Source: a virus | Taxonomy: Duplodnaviria > Heunggongvirae > Uroviricota > Caudoviricetes | Strand: one strand, 5' to 3' | IMG/VR virus record: IMGVR_UViG_3300037455_000372 | Coordinates: 75,710-139,709 of that record | DNA: 64,000 nt | Shown here: positions 27,468-38,608 of the stretch, in pieces | Position numbering within the stretch: position 1 is the stretch's first letter | Layout: the number at the start of each line of letters is the position of its first letter | Translations under genes and position numbers: made by a program | Notes under the pieces: generated by a model | Seen by the model: the letters and a program-made list of their open reading frames with translations, nothing else | Databases searched by the model: none | What the model was told of the DNA's origin: nothing

Positions 27468-30400
27468 CTAGAAGCCGCAATCGTCGTCTAGGCAAGCATC
27501 TTCTTCATAGGATTCCAACCCCAAGCCTTCGTCGTTATTACCGTCGAAGACGGGACTCAATCCGGACGACCCTTCCATTCCGTGAGCCACGATACTGATT
27601 CCAGCCGTGGCGACTGCCTTCATAACCACTCGGATGCCGTCAAACACGACGTTAATCGGCTTGCAACAGCGGATCTGTTCCTTGATTCGCTCGATATCCT
27701 CGTTAGTGACGGAGACACTTGGGAATTTCGGCTCGTCCAAGACATCAAGAACGACGTGCGGCGTCGGAACCCACTGGCCGACCTTGAGGCCAAGCCCGGA
27801 ATCCTTCTGGATTCGCTCGTCGATATCGGTCTGGCGAACCAATTCGCCATACGGGTCCTCGGTATTCGTCCACATAGTAATCAACTCGCCGACCAGACCG
27901 AACGTGGCCATCAGCATATTGATACCGGCCTTCGTGCCGTTCAGCGCATAATACTGCGGAAGGTGGGAAATCGTTTCCCTCAAGGCGTTCTCGCGTTCCT
28001 CGTTGGTACGATAAATACCGCTCTCGCTAACGTCGTCAGACACGGCTGTAATGTCGTAGCCCATAAACCGAGCCAGATATCCGATAAGGTCGAAATCAAG
28101 CACGCTGGCATCCTTCAAGTAGGCCAGACGCTCGATGCGCTCGGCCAACGGATAGTCCATATCAGGGACACCACGGAACGACGCGTCCATATCGTCACGC
28201 GGCGCGACCGTACCATAGTCGTACTTGGACGAATACTGCAGCTTCACGTCCTGAGTAGTGTCAAGATTTTCCATATGCGGATGCTCGAAGTGGTAGTTAC
28301 GAGACATACCAGCAGCTTGCAGATATGCATTACCATTTTCAGCTTCAGCTGCTACGAAATTGTCACCGTAGACACGGTACTTGTACTCAGAATCGGTCTC
28401 TACCGGGTCAGCCTCGTCAAACTCCGGATTACGGTACATCTCGACTTCGATGTTATCGATCTTGAAAGTACGCTTCTTGCGCATCGGAACCCACGCACTG
28501 CTCTTGGAGACGCGCCACGCGATTTCTTCATCCTCGCAGAGCTGGTTAGTCGTGTACACGATTTCACCGTCGGTAAACCGATGTCCCTTCCAAGTAAACT
28601 CGCCGTTAAGATTTCCCACATTTGCGCGAGCGACAAAACCTTTATAAATCCGTCCGCCAGCCACAATAGACGCGTCGCATTCAACGACAACACTCTCGTC
28701 ACTAGGAACCGCAGTAACAACGGCCTCATAGATGTTCGACGGCTCGCCGCCTTCGTAACTGTACGCCGCTTCGCCACTCGGATCAATGATTACATTGTCG
28801 CCGACAGATAGTCCGTGCTTGTACTTCGTGCGGACGGTCTTGCCATTGACCTCAAGAATCTCGTTCGAAGTAGCGAACGTCGCTTGGTTGCTGACCTTGT
28901 TCCAGTCATACGCATAGACCGTATACTTGTACCACATACCGACATACAAGGTCATCTCGCGACCGACCAGCGACTGGCCATCGTTCATACCAGCTTCACC
29001 AGCAATCTTGATGTTGAAAATGCCACCACCGTTCACGTCGCTAGTAACCGTATGCCATCCGTTGTACGCGCTATGGTCTGCAAACCTGATGAAAACACGA
29101 GTTCCCTTGTGCAAATCTGTTTCGGGAACACGTCCAATCAGGTTGACTTGAGCGGTATTCTCGTCAATGAAACGGATACGTCTAACCTTGTAGCCTTGGC
29201 TCAGCGCATAAGCCGGGTTCGTAACAGACGTATCAATCAAATTCTGCTGGGCATACAGCGTAAACGGAGTCAACACCGTATTGCGGTCGAGCTTGACCCA
29301 GTTACCTACACCAACCTTATAGAACTCACGGACAGTAGCGTCGCTTTCCTTCCGGTCAACTTCAATGACTTCGCCTTCTTGGAGAGGTTCACCAGTCTTC
29401 GCATTGATAGGACGACGATAAATTGCAGTCGCCTTCTTGTGTTCCGGGTCGTGTTCATCGCTAATCTCGCCAGTACAATACACGCCTTCTGCAGTAGAAT
29501 CGCTTGTATACTGGATAACATCAGGTGAAAGCACGTCAATAACAGCGTCCGTCACGTTGAACACGTCACTCAACGACGGGTCAGACACAACCACGTCAGA
29601 AACCGTAATGCGCATACCGTCAACCAAGCCGTGACCGGCAGAAGTCATCGTAACAATCCACTTGCCAGACTCATTCTTGGTAGCAATAAGGTTACTGTCG
29701 ATATCAATAACATAGACCGGCGCGATACCCTTCTTCAGTACCGTTCCGCTAGTTTCTTCGTCGATGACATTCACGGCTCGGTCAGCCATATCCACGTCTA
29801 CGACATTGTGCTGATTCTTTCCATAAAACTCTACGAAACCAGCACGAGCCATATCATCTACGCCGATATCATTACCATAGTACAGATATTCACGTTCCTT
29901 CCAGCCATAACGTAGATGGGTATCGCTACTCTTCTTGATATACAGAGGAATACGAACGGTTTCCATATCATCTACCGTGTAGTCAATCTTCTCGTCGTAG
30001 TCAAGAGTTGCCACGGCACCGGCATACGGCATAAAGGAATTGGTCATTTTCTTGTAGCCGACCGAGAAATGCTTCACAGTATCAAGGATCAAGTCAGTCT
30101 GTTCGAGGACTTGTTCACCCTTCATAACGATAGACTTCTTAATCTGGTAGACATTATGGTCATCCGGCTTGTACACGTAGGTTCCGTCCGGATAATCAAC
30201 GTCCGCGTCATACATAACCACGTCGCTAACCATCTTCAGTACACAGAACTGGTCATCCTCGACGTTCTTGAATCGAGCAATCATATACTCGTTCGTGTAA
30301 ATCGGACCGGTATAACGTCTAATAGCAGCAACCGTGTCGTCGCCGAGCTTACGAACGTGGTCAACCTTAGAGACATAGGATTCCGACGATTCCTCGACAA

Positions 30401-32279
30401 GACGCATAGGCGTATTCTTAGCGATTTTAACGCCGATTCCAGTCTCTGGATTGTAAGCTGGGTGGAATATGTGAATACAGCCTTCGGCATACTTGGTTAT
30501 TCTAAACAGACGCTGCTCGGAGTTTCCGTTCACTTCACAATCAAGAAGCACAACATCACCCGGCTGCCAGTAATAGCCGCTGTAAATGGCGTATTCGTGT
30601 TCACCGGTTTCAGCGTTGCTCGCAGACATACTCGTAATTACACCGACAGACGGAATCGTAATCTCGATTTCTTCCGATGTTTCCGGATGGAAGGTCGACT
30701 TTACATTCTTATGAATACCGATACGATACAATCCATTCGTCTTATCAATCTTGGACGCTGTAACAATCGCTATACCATCCCAAGCTTCGGGACACAAGAT
30801 GAACGCGCCGACGTTCAGATCAACCGGAGAATAAAACTCGCGGAGGCCAATCTGCTTCCACTTGCTGCCCTTGATTCGAACAACGACATCGTTATCCTTA
30901 ATAGTCGCCTTCGACAGCTTAATATCGCTGGAAAGGCCAACCGACATATCGTCCAAGAAGCGATATTCGCCACTCCAGCGAAGAAGCGGCATACGATTCG
31001 TACCGTCGATGGTATAGTAGCTCTCCGACAGCGGAATAGACACCAAGGTAAGCGATTTCTTATCGGTAATCATTCCGATAATGTCGTAAATGTCATACGT
31101 CAATGACACAGGGAACACGGAGGTATACAGTTCGCCATCTTCCTTGCGAGACTTGCTGGTTATGTCGCTGTTCATCTTCAGCAAGGCAACTTGCTCGTTA
31201 CCGTGCATCAAGTAAAACATCGCGTCGCTGTAAATACCGGGTGTACCAGTCGATGTGTAAATCTTCAGCATACCAGTAGAATCCACATCGATTCGACTCA
31301 CTCGGTAACGGTCGATGTTCGGACTCAGTGCGGTGTCCGGAATAGGAACATAAGTGCTAGACGACACATTGGTAAGCTTCGAGCTACTGGTATCGCGCAG
31401 ATAAAAAATTCCAGACGGATATTCACCAACCCAGTTGAACGCGTTTCCTTCGGCAAACTTGATGTAAGTATTGTAATTGCCATCAGCAACCGCAGCTTGG
31501 TTATAGTAATCCACAATCACTTGGTCGGTCTTGTTGTCGACACCGTCTACGTCTACAAGGACAGAATCGATGGCCGAAACGCGATTTACGTCCGTAACCT
31601 TGATTGTAAAGAAAATCTCGTAATAGTTGACACTCTTGTCCTTGGACTGACCGCCATAGCGGCGAAGAACGTGGCCTACATCGGACACCTTAAACTCGAT
31701 AGCCGTAGATGGACTGTTGTCCGTACCGGTAAACGGGTCTTGGGAAGTCCCGGCGGTGTCCCTAATCATCGTGTCGTCCGCCGCAGAATAGTAGTAAGCG
31801 ACCGTACGAACCGGGTCGGCGTTTCGGTACTTGATATAGACAACCGTACCGTCCTTGGTCGTCTTGTCGACCAAGTGCCTACCAGATGCCGACGTAATGA
31901 CATCCTCGACTTCCGGTAAGTCAATCTCGGCTTCCTTGGCGTATTCAGCACCCTCGTTACCGACAATCACGTTAGACTTCACGTTGTTTCGAGGCACCGA
32001 CAGATAGCGAACCGAGTCACCTCGTTCCGAAGCGAGCTGCAGCATCGAGCACAGCCGTTCCATTTCGTTGCGGACGGCATTCTGGTCAGTGGAAGTACAC
32101 ACACGGACAAACTCGAATTCCTCGGTCGTCTCGATATTACGGTAGGCGTTGTTGATGTAGTCTGACATCACTTGCATCAACGTAACCACATCTGGTTCCG
32201 TCTTCAAGAATTCCGGCAAGTAGCCAACGAAGTCGTTGAAGCGGAACTGACCATTCTTGTTATAGACTATCGGATTCAT
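27468..32279 (-). CDS. gp7: Baseplate wedge protein, T4 gp7-like, greatly enlarged
   Basis: N-terminal YLPEFLK; C-terminal LPQYYALNGTKAGINMLM...KPINV motifs typical of wedge initiators; follows the gp6-like gene. Confidence 0.6.
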   Translation of the reverse strand: MNPIVYNKNGQFRFNDFVGYLPEFLKTEPDVVTLMQVMSDYINNAYRNIETTEEFEFVRVCTSTDQNAVRNEMERLCSMLQLASERGDSVRYLSVPRNNVKSNVIVGNEGAEYAKEAEIDLPEVEDVITSASGRHLVDKTTKDGTVVYIKYRNADPVRTVAYYYSAADDTMIRDTAGTSQDPFTGTDNSPSTAIEFKVSDVGHVLRRYGGQSKDKSVNYYEIFFTIKVTDVNRVSAIDSVLVDVDGVDNKTDQVIVDYYNQAAVADGNYNTYIKFAEGNAFNWVGEYPSGIFYLRDTSSSKLTNVSSSTYVPIPDTALSPNIDRYRVSRIDVDSTGMLKIYTSTGTPGIYSDAMFYLMHGNEQVALLKMNSDITSKSRKEDGELYTSVFPVSLTYDIYDIIGMITDKKSLTLVSIPLSESYYTIDGTNRMPLLRWSGEYRFLDDMSVGLSSDIKLSKATIKDNDVVVRIKGSKWKQIGLREFYSPVDLNVGAFILCPEAWDGIAIVTASKIDKTNGLYRIGIHKNVKSTFHPETSEEIEITIPSVGVITSMSASNAETGEHEYAIYSGYYWQPGDVVLLDCEVNGNSEQRLFRITKYAEGCIHIFHPAYNPETGIGVKIAKNTPMRLVEESSESYVSKVDHVRKLGDDTVAAIRRYTGPIYTNEYMIARFKNVEDDQFCVLKMVSDVVMYDADVDYPDGTYVYKPDDHNVYQIKKSIVMKGEQVLEQTDLILDTVKHFSVGYKKMTNSFMPYAGAVATLDYDEKIDYTVDDMETVRIPLYIKKSSDTHLRYGWKEREYLYYGNDIGVDDMARAGFVEFYGKNQHNVVDVDMADRAVNVIDEETSGTVLKKGIAPVYVIDIDSNLIATKNESGKWIVTMTSAGHGLVDGMRITVSDVVVSDPSLSDVFNVTDAVIDVLSPDVIQYTSDSTAEGVYCTGEISDEHDPEHKKATAIYRRPINAKTGEPLQEGEVIEVDRKESDATVREFYKVGVGNWVKLDRNTVLTPFTLYAQQNLIDTSVTNPAYALSQGYKVRRIRFIDENTAQVNLIGRVPETDLHKGTRVFIRFADHSAYNGWHTVTSDVNGGGIFNIKIAGEAGMNDGQSLVGREMTLYVGMWYKYTVYAYDWNKVSNQATFATSNEILEVNGKTVRTKYKHGLSVGDNVIIDPSGEAAYSYEGGEPSNIYEAVVTAVPSDESVVVECDASIVAGGRIYKGFVARANVGNLNGEFTWKGHRFTDGEIVYTTNQLCEDEEIAWRVSKSSAWVPMRKKRTFKIDNIEVEMYRNPEFDEADPVETDSEYKYRVYGDNFVAAEAENGNAYLQAAGMSRNYHFEHPHMENLDTTQDVKLQYSSKYDYGTVAPRDDMDASFRGVPDMDYPLAERIERLAYLKDASVLDFDLIGYLARFMGYDITAVSDDVSESGIYRTNEERENALRETISHLPQYYALNGTKAGINMLMATFGLVGELITMWTNTEDPYGELVRQTDIDERIQKDSGLGLKVGQWVPTPHVVLDVLDEPKFPSVSVTNEDIERIKEQIRCCKPINVVFDGIRVVMKAVATAGISIVAHGMEGSSGLSPVFDGNNDEGLGLESYEEDACLDDDCGF

Positions 32280-32282
32280 TGA

Positions 32283-34868
32283 TTACTCCGTGAGCAAAAC
32301 GCTTTCCACCGACACGGCAAGCTCAATCTGGTCGGTCGGAATGGTGATCTGGACAATTTCGTTGTCGTTCGAATAGTTAGTGATGTTACCAGCGTCGTCG
32401 ATAAGGTTCTTGGTTACATAATACTTCAGCACGTTACGAACGAGCTTGATATACTCAAGCGCGTATTCAATGTAGTCGTGCAGCGAATTACCTTCGATTT
32501 CGGACATATCCACTATCTTGTCCGTATTCTTGAAGGTAAGCGAATCGTAACCCTTATCCCAACCCTTGATGGCTTGGATAACGAAATACAACGCATCAGC
32601 CGCATCAGCGTGACCAGCAGACTGCTCGTCAAGCAACGCCTTGTGGACAGTCGTGTAGATAACCATCATCGCCTGTTCCCAGATGTAGGCCACAAACTTG
32701 TCGATATCCAAATCAGAAAGCTTGTTGGTCGCATTGGACGCCAGTTTCGGACGCACCGTGTACTTGTAGTAATCTGCGATACGAGTCTGGAGAGCAGCAA
32801 GCGACTGAACCGTAAAGGTATTCTGGAAAGTCGTCTTCGCGTGGTCGCCAACATAGGTATAACCGAGCGAGAAATCAAACCCATCGAGCGCGATGTTACC
32901 CGGAACGATGTATTCATAAGTCATCTGGCCGAGCCAGCGAAGGTCATTGATATCCAACTCGACATAGCGGTCATTGACCGGCGAGAAGGTTACATCGACA
33001 CCGGCCACTTCCGTAAGCGTATGGACGATAGCCTCAATACGAGAACGGTAAATCGGCGTAGCGAAGTCGGTATTCTCCAAGAGATACTTGTAAACAGCAT
33101 TCTTGATACGTTCCTTCACGTCGGTAAAGTTATTGCCTCGGAACAACGTAACCTTCATATGGGCTTCCATATCGTGAACCGACGGATAGACATAGTTGTG
33201 ATATCCGCCACCAACAGTAATCATTCCGCGCTGGTTAAGAGCGGTCATACAGTTGTACAGTTCAGAACCATCTTCGACGAAGTCAAGCGGAGACAGCAAG
33301 GCGGAATACACTTGGTAATCCAGCGGATAGGTCGGCTGGATGCTCTGCAAAATTTGCTGCTGGACTTCGTTAGAGAGCTTTTCGCCATTCTCCAGTCGGA
33401 CGTTCTTCAGCGCATCGCCGAGACGCTTGTAGATGGCAATATGGCCTTCATCAAGCCCGTTACGCTCCAGCTCACGGTAGTCATACTGCCAAGTGTACAT
33501 AAGGCCGTTCACCTTGTAGCCTTCGAGGAAATACTCGTCGGCGGTCGTCGGATAGAACGTATTGTCCTTCTGGCGATACAAGCTCTTCAACGCGCTGAAA
33601 CGCACTTGGTTCATATACTTAACGTCGATGCCGCCATTCAGCAGTTTCGTGTTAAGGATATCCTCGCCGTAGGCCGTGGCGTACTTGACATCAGAATAGC
33701 GACGGAGGAAAATCTTGTAGCTCGTACGGTTCACGAGACGGTCCAGCGTGTTGAACAAGTACGGAGCGTTCGCCTTGATGGACTCGATACTTTCAATGTC
33801 GAGGCCGTTACGGATATCAGTAGTGATAGCAATGTTTAGGTCGTTAACCGTAATATCGCTTTCGGTACCGTCGTCCTGACAGATTACGATGCGGCTGCTA
33901 TTGGTCGAAAGGGTGGTACCGGCCACGTTGAGCAAGTTACCCTCTTCGCCAGTCGTGGAGAAGTAAGTCACGTTGATAACGCCGTAAGGAATGGCGGACT
34001 TCAAGCCGTCGCCAAAACGGAGCTGCACGTTGCCGTCATTTGCCGTAGACAGCTCCACCGTGTAGTTATCGGTGTAGTTGTCTTGACCAGACGCGAACTG
34101 TTCAATATCGTTCAGAACAGATTCCTTCGCTGGGTCGATCAGTCCCCTACGAGAAATACGCCAGTACAGCTTATCGTCCACCACAACGCTGGGGTCGATA
34201 TTGTCCATCAACGTAGCGTCAGACATAACCCTAGTGAACGCGGAAGAGCGGTGAGCCACATTTCCATCATCGTCAAAGTTAGGGTCATTGTCGCCAAAAT
34301 AGTCACTGAAGGTAAGGTCGTGAATAATGAAGGTCTGGTTCTGATTACCGGTGGAAATAAGAGACTCGGTCTTGAAACGGCCTTCCGCGAGCACGGCCTT
34401 TCCAGAAACGAGAGTCATCAAACCAGTCTGTTCCGTGTCGGTGTTACGGTCATAGCGGAACTCCATATTGTCCATAGCGGTCAGCGTGGTACTACCCATA
34501 GTGAACTCGGTTCCAAGAGGGATGCGGACGCGGATCGTATTGAACTTGCCGGTCTTCGTCGTCTGAATGCCGATACCGGCCTTGGCCGGAACCGGACGGC
34601 GGATGCTATAACCAAGCATACGAGCGTTGGCATAGATGGACGGCAAGGAGTTTGCCGATTCAAGGAAAGCATTCTTGAACGAAGATTCGGCGTAGTACGC
34701 CATCAAGTCGGACGTACCGGCGAACAAGTCGGTCATCAAGCGACCGTATGAACTCTCCGAGTAGTCTGCCAAGTTTCCACCCTTGGCCTTCATAATCGTA
34801 AGCAAGTGCTCACGGACGGACTCGAACGAGATATTCGTATACTTACGTGAAATCGATGTGCTCGCCAT
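32283..34868 (-). CDS. gp6: Baseplate wedge subunit, T4 gp6-like
   Basis: YTNISFESVREHL, AFLESA..LPSIYANARMLGY, VQLRFGDG, ESIESIKANAP..RLVNRTSY. Confidence 0.85.
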   Translation of the reverse strand: MASTSISRKYTNISFESVREHLLTIMKAKGGNLADYSESSYGRLMTDLFAGTSDLMAYYAESSFKNAFLESANSLPSIYANARMLGYSIRRPVPAKAGIGIQTTKTGKFNTIRVRIPLGTEFTMGSTTLTAMDNMEFRYDRNTDTEQTGLMTLVSGKAVLAEGRFKTESLISTGNQNQTFIIHDLTFSDYFGDNDPNFDDDGNVAHRSSAFTRVMSDATLMDNIDPSVVVDDKLYWRISRRGLIDPAKESVLNDIEQFASGQDNYTDNYTVELSTANDGNVQLRFGDGLKSAIPYGVINVTYFSTTGEEGNLLNVAGTTLSTNSSRIVICQDDGTESDITVNDLNIAITTDIRNGLDIESIESIKANAPYLFNTLDRLVNRTSYKIFLRRYSDVKYATAYGEDILNTKLLNGGIDVKYMNQVRFSALKSLYRQKDNTFYPTTADEYFLEGYKVNGLMYTWQYDYRELERNGLDEGHIAIYKRLGDALKNVRLENGEKLSNEVQQQILQSIQPTYPLDYQVYSALLSPLDFVEDGSELYNCMTALNQRGMITVGGGYHNYVYPSVHDMEAHMKVTLFRGNNFTDVKERIKNAVYKYLLENTDFATPIYRSRIEAIVHTLTEVAGVDVTFSPVNDRYVELDINDLRWLGQMTYEYIVPGNIALDGFDFSLGYTYVGDHAKTTFQNTFTVQSLAALQTRIADYYKYTVRPKLASNATNKLSDLDIDKFVAYIWEQAMMVIYTTVHKALLDEQSAGHADAADALYFVIQAIKGWDKGYDSLTFKNTDKIVDMSEIEGNSLHDYIEYALEYIKLVRNVLKYYVTKNLIDDAGNITNYSNDNEIVQITIPTDQIELAVSVESVLLTE

Positions 34869-34895
34869 TTTTCAACCTTCTGTTAGTCATATCGC

Positions 34896-34935
34896 AGTTT
34901 ATATACTTTTGGGGGGTCGCCCGACCGTATAAACT
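34896..34935. promoter_or_regulatory. Back-to-back late motifs (34896-34903 minus, 34928-34935 plus)
   Basis: TATAAACT on each strand of the divergent gp6/gp14 gap. Confidence 0.6.
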
Positions 34936-34953
34936 AGGTTAGAGGTTGACAAA

Positions 34954-35967
34954 ATGCCAGAATTCGTATTACATCTTTCAGGAAACTGCCGTGCGACTAC
35001 GGTTATCGTGCCGAATTTCAGTGTTCTGGCATCGGTCTCTCCGCATATGTGGAACGACCGGACCGGAGGTTATGTCGAACGCTCCGAAAAGATGCAAATC
35101 AACAACCCGGACTTCCAGCACGACACCCGTCTCGGACTGGTTTTCTACAACCGTAGACACAATGCGTTCCGTGACCAAGAGCGTTACAATGTAATGAGCC
35201 GTGCGTTTGTCAACCGTCAAGGAACCCTTTACAAGTATTACACGACCTCACTGAACGTGAACAATACCCCACTGTTCCACGAGGACTCTAACCGCGAGGT
35301 GGAGCGCGTCTTCGACCTACCGGTACTTATGGGGTTCAATCCTCAGAACGAACTTTATTCTCGTTTCGGAATCCAGTACACCACGAAGCAAGAAATTTAC
35401 GTCCATATGGGACTGTTCCTAGAGCTTAACTACAGGAGCCTCCGCGAACTGGGCGTTAAGCCAGCTTGCGACCCGAACGAGCACAACCCGATCTGGTACC
35501 AGCGCGGCTACGAGGACTTCCGCTACTACGGCTATACCGCAGCGCAGATTTTCCCCAAGGCAGGAGACTTGCTCAAGCTCGAATTCAACAACATCCTCTA
35601 CCAAGTAGACAGCGTAGTGGACGAAATCCCGGAATTTGAGTACAAATGGCGTAAATACTGGTGGAAACTCTATCTGGACACCGCAATGGACAACGGAAAA
35701 ACTGTCAGCGACGAAGTTCTCAACTCGCCGGACCAAGAGAACTTCATCAACAAACTATTCGGTCGAAATGTTATGGGTTCGTCTACGGACGGTACCGACC
35801 CGAACAGCAACGCTACCCAAGGCAACAATATGCTCGCCATCAACGACACCATCGACGAACTCAAGAAGGACGTTCTATTCCGTCCTCCGGAAGTCGACAA
35901 GTGCGTACAAGACATCACGAACGACCCGGCTTACTACGCTTGCGGATCGTTGCTTGGGCAGTGGTAG
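34954..35967 (+). CDS. gp14: Neck/head-completion protein, T4 gp14-like
   Basis: PLFHED, SRFGIQ and FPKAGDLL..LYQVDSV match remembered gp14 motifs. Confidence 0.7.
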   Translation: MPEFVLHLSGNCRATTVIVPNFSVLASVSPHMWNDRTGGYVERSEKMQINNPDFQHDTRLGLVFYNRRHNAFRDQERYNVMSRAFVNRQGTLYKYYTTSLNVNNTPLFHEDSNREVERVFDLPVLMGFNPQNELYSRFGIQYTTKQEIYVHMGLFLELNYRSLRELGVKPACDPNEHNPIWYQRGYEDFRYYGYTAAQIFPKAGDLLKLEFNNILYQVDSVVDEIPEFEYKWRKYWWKLYLDTAMDNGKTVSDEVLNSPDQENFINKLFGRNVMGSSTDGTDPNSNATQGNNMLAINDTIDELKKDVLFRPPEVDKCVQDITNDPAYYACGSLLGQW

Positions 35968-35973
35968 AGTTAA

Positions 35974-36366
35974 TTACTGAAATAAATAGTTTGGCTTGTT
36001 CAGCGAAAGCGATAGCGTCCCGTCAACGGGCCGCACACGCAAGCCTCTCTCTCGGCACATCTGCATAAGGATGTAGAAAAAGTCTATATCCGGAATCTTT
36101 ACGCGGCGTTCCGTGCAGAACTCGTCCACGTTCTTGTACCACCAGTTGTAATTGATAACCATACGGTCGGTAGTCCACGCAGCATTCCAAGGATGCGGAG
36201 TACGGTCGAACTGGTCGAAGAATGGGTCATGATCAGCCGGAGCAATTTCGGGTATAAAAACTTGTTGGAATACGACCCTCGTCAAGAACTCCCGAACAGA
36301 CTTGATACGGTCTTGGGTAAACTTGATGCGATCTTCCTCGGACACCTTCTTATTGGTGCGCGGCAT
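35974..36366 (-). CDS. Hypothetical protein
   Basis: Start re-assigned to MPRTNKK; extended -10 TGCTATAAT upstream (~36394-36402). Confidence 0.6.
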   Translation of the reverse strand: MPRTNKKVSEEDRIKFTQDRIKSVREFLTRVVFQQVFIPEIAPADHDPFFDQFDRTPHPWNAAWTTDRMVINYNWWYKNVDEFCTERRVKIPDIDFFYILMQMCRERGLRVRPVDGTLSLSLNKPNYLFQ

Positions 36367-36402
36367 ATAGAAATATTCAGAAATCATACTTGAATTATAG
36401 CA

Positions 36403-36429
36403 AAAAGGGGAGCGGTCGCCCACTCCCCT
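36403..36429 (-). terminator. Intrinsic terminator after the AAA gene
   Basis: AGGGGAGTGG-GCGA-CCGCTCCCCT-TTTT on the minus strand. Confidence 0.7.
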
Positions 36430-36449
36430 AGCTCTCTCAGGAAAAGAAA

Positions 36450-38351
36450 CTAGTCTTCGTCACGGTCAATGTAGCTGTTGCCGGACATCTTGTTACGCTT
36501 GTTAACGCGGTCGATAGCGGCACGGAGCTTTTCAGGCGTGCATACCGGCGCGTCTTCGGCCTCGGCCTTTTTGGACTCTGCCTCGACCTCGGCTTCAACG
36601 TCGGCAAGTTCCACAGGAGCATCTTCAGTTTCTTCAGTACCGCTGTAAATCACGATATCGGTAAAGATGTTCGTAATGTCGGCGGCGGTGATACCGGACT
36701 CGATAGCGTACTTGATAACCTCGTCATACTTCGGGTCGGTGAAGTCGGTCGGATGTTCCTTGTTCACGCGCTCATCGTTGTACTTGAAGAGGTAACGCAT
36801 CGTGTTGATGCTCGGCAAGCCAATCTCGAACATTTCGTCGATACGGCCACTGCGGCGCATAATTCTCTGGTTCACCTTCTTCGGGTCGTTAATCGTCGCA
36901 AAGAAGATGTAGGAAACTTGGTCGTTCTTGGCAGCTTGGTTAAGCTTGTCGAAGAAGCTCAGATATGCAATCACATTGTCGTTCTTGTCAGTAAGCTGGT
37001 AGGAGTCCATATCATCGAGAATGATGATGCACTTCTTGATGGCCTTGACATAACGGAGCATCGCGTCAGTCTGGTCGCTATCGACGATAACATCGGCGGT
37101 GATCTTGAATGTGCAAACTTCTGGATAAGCGTTGGAAATCTGCTGTGCGCCAATAGTCTTACCAGTACCCGGCTGGCCGACAAGCGCGTAGCTTCGTGAC
37201 AGACCCTTGTCGAAGGCAATCTTGATGGCCTTGATAATCTTCGGAATGGTATCGCTCACGGATTCGGGCGGAATGGCCACCGGGCGAAGCATTTCCTTGA
37301 GGTCGCCATCTTCGTCGAACGAATAGAGATACGTCGTCGGGTCGATACTCATTGCAAACATCATCTCGACATAGAGTTCGACGTTGCGCTTGAGCATATT
37401 GGTGTCAGCCTTCGGAGAAACCTTGTTGCGGTTCTTCGGAATCCAGAACATCTTGAGCTGGTTAGACGGAACATAGACAAGACCAGTGCCGTCTTCGCTT
37501 TCGGTAGAACGGACAATCTGGATAGCGTAGAAAATGTTGTCATCGAACTGGAACTTGAACACCGCGTTAAATACGCTGCTCTTGACCTTTTCGCCTTCGC
37601 CGTCGATGTGCTTGTACTGTTCGCAGTTCTCGTCGAACACGTACTGCAGCTGAACGTCGCGGTCGTCTTCGTCGGAATCCTTCGTTCGAGTCGGCATAAC
37701 GCGCTTGCACTCGACGATATTCGTGCTCAACGGAGTAATCGTGTGTTCAATCTGGTCGAGCGCGGAAAACCACTTCATCGGTTCCTTGCTGTTCATAATC
37801 TTCACGAACGCGAGGTTAGAGGACGGAGTGATCGTGATGGTGGTGTTAAGGTCGTTATCGTGCTTCTTGCTGATTTCGCGGAACTCTTCGAGAGTCACGT
37901 CGACGTAAGACGGCTCAGCCGTAGAAACCATCACATAGAGCTGGTCGACCACATTCCACTTGAAGTTAATGCGGTTGCATACCGTGTCGCCGATGGCATA
38001 GAGAGCCATACAGTTCTGCATAAAGCCAGCCACCTTGGAAACGGACTTGGCACCGCTGTGCTTTGCGATAAGGTTCGTCATAGAGCAAGCAAGAAGCGCA
38101 ACCTTGGTAATGTTGGTGTTCTTGTATGCCTTGACCACTTCCTTGAGCGCGTCAATCTTGTTCTTGCCGATTACGCTACTCGGAATGTCGATCTGCGGCA
38201 ATGCATCAATCATCGCCTCGATGGTTTTGGTCAACTCCTTGAAGGTATCAATGGAGTCTCGGTCGTCGGACTTGCCGCCAATCATATGGTTAAGCCATTC
38301 TGGCGCACCGATGCCGAAATTGTTAACGAATTTTTTTACGGGGTTTAACAT
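36450..38351 (-). CDS. AAA+ ATPase with a long N-terminal region
   Basis: Walker A GQPGTGKT, Walker B IIILDD, sensor/Arg finger FATIN..RRSGRID; start re-assigned to ATG 38351 (GAAAGGA SD). Confidence 0.9.
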   Translation of the reverse strand: MLNPVKKFVNNFGIGAPEWLNHMIGGKSDDRDSIDTFKELTKTIEAMIDALPQIDIPSSVIGKNKIDALKEVVKAYKNTNITKVALLACSMTNLIAKHSGAKSVSKVAGFMQNCMALYAIGDTVCNRINFKWNVVDQLYVMVSTAEPSYVDVTLEEFREISKKHDNDLNTTITITPSSNLAFVKIMNSKEPMKWFSALDQIEHTITPLSTNIVECKRVMPTRTKDSDEDDRDVQLQYVFDENCEQYKHIDGEGEKVKSSVFNAVFKFQFDDNIFYAIQIVRSTESEDGTGLVYVPSNQLKMFWIPKNRNKVSPKADTNMLKRNVELYVEMMFAMSIDPTTYLYSFDEDGDLKEMLRPVAIPPESVSDTIPKIIKAIKIAFDKGLSRSYALVGQPGTGKTIGAQQISNAYPEVCTFKITADVIVDSDQTDAMLRYVKAIKKCIIILDDMDSYQLTDKNDNVIAYLSFFDKLNQAAKNDQVSYIFFATINDPKKVNQRIMRRSGRIDEMFEIGLPSINTMRYLFKYNDERVNKEHPTDFTDPKYDEVIKYAIESGITAADITNIFTDIVIYSGTEETEDAPVELADVEAEVEAESKKAEAEDAPVCTPEKLRAAIDRVNKRNKMSGNSYIDRDED

Positions 38352-38385
38352 TTGACTTGTTTCCTTTCTTTCAATAAACGAACCA

Positions 38386-38598
38386 CTAAGGGTGCGAAAT
38401 CTTGATGTCATTCGCCGCTGCCACCTGATTCTTGAAACGAGCGGATTTCCAATACCGGTCCATCCGTTTAGAAATCGCGAACTCCGCATCCTTCCTCACG
38501 AAGTGAAAGCGCATTCCTCGAACCAACGTCTTGGGGATCCAATGCACTATTCGCCAAATAACGTGGGCGCAGCAAGCGATGTACAGAACAGACTTCAC
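38386..38598 (-). CDS. Small basic protein with a hydrophobic N-terminal segment
   Basis: GTG start after an AGGA SD, just behind the upstream stop: MKSVLYIACCAHVIWRIVHW. Confidence 0.5.
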   Translation of the reverse strand: MKSVLYIACCAHVIWRIVHWIPKTLVRGMRFHFVRKDAEFAISKRMDRYWKSARFKNQVAAANDIKISHP

Positions 38599-38608
38599 AA
38601 GTTTCCTA

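Noticed and set aside
36450-38351. AAA ATPase as the sigma54 activator for the -24/-12 boxes
   Set aside because: It has no GAFTGA loop and no C-terminal HTH; its motifs are those of classic AAA proteins.
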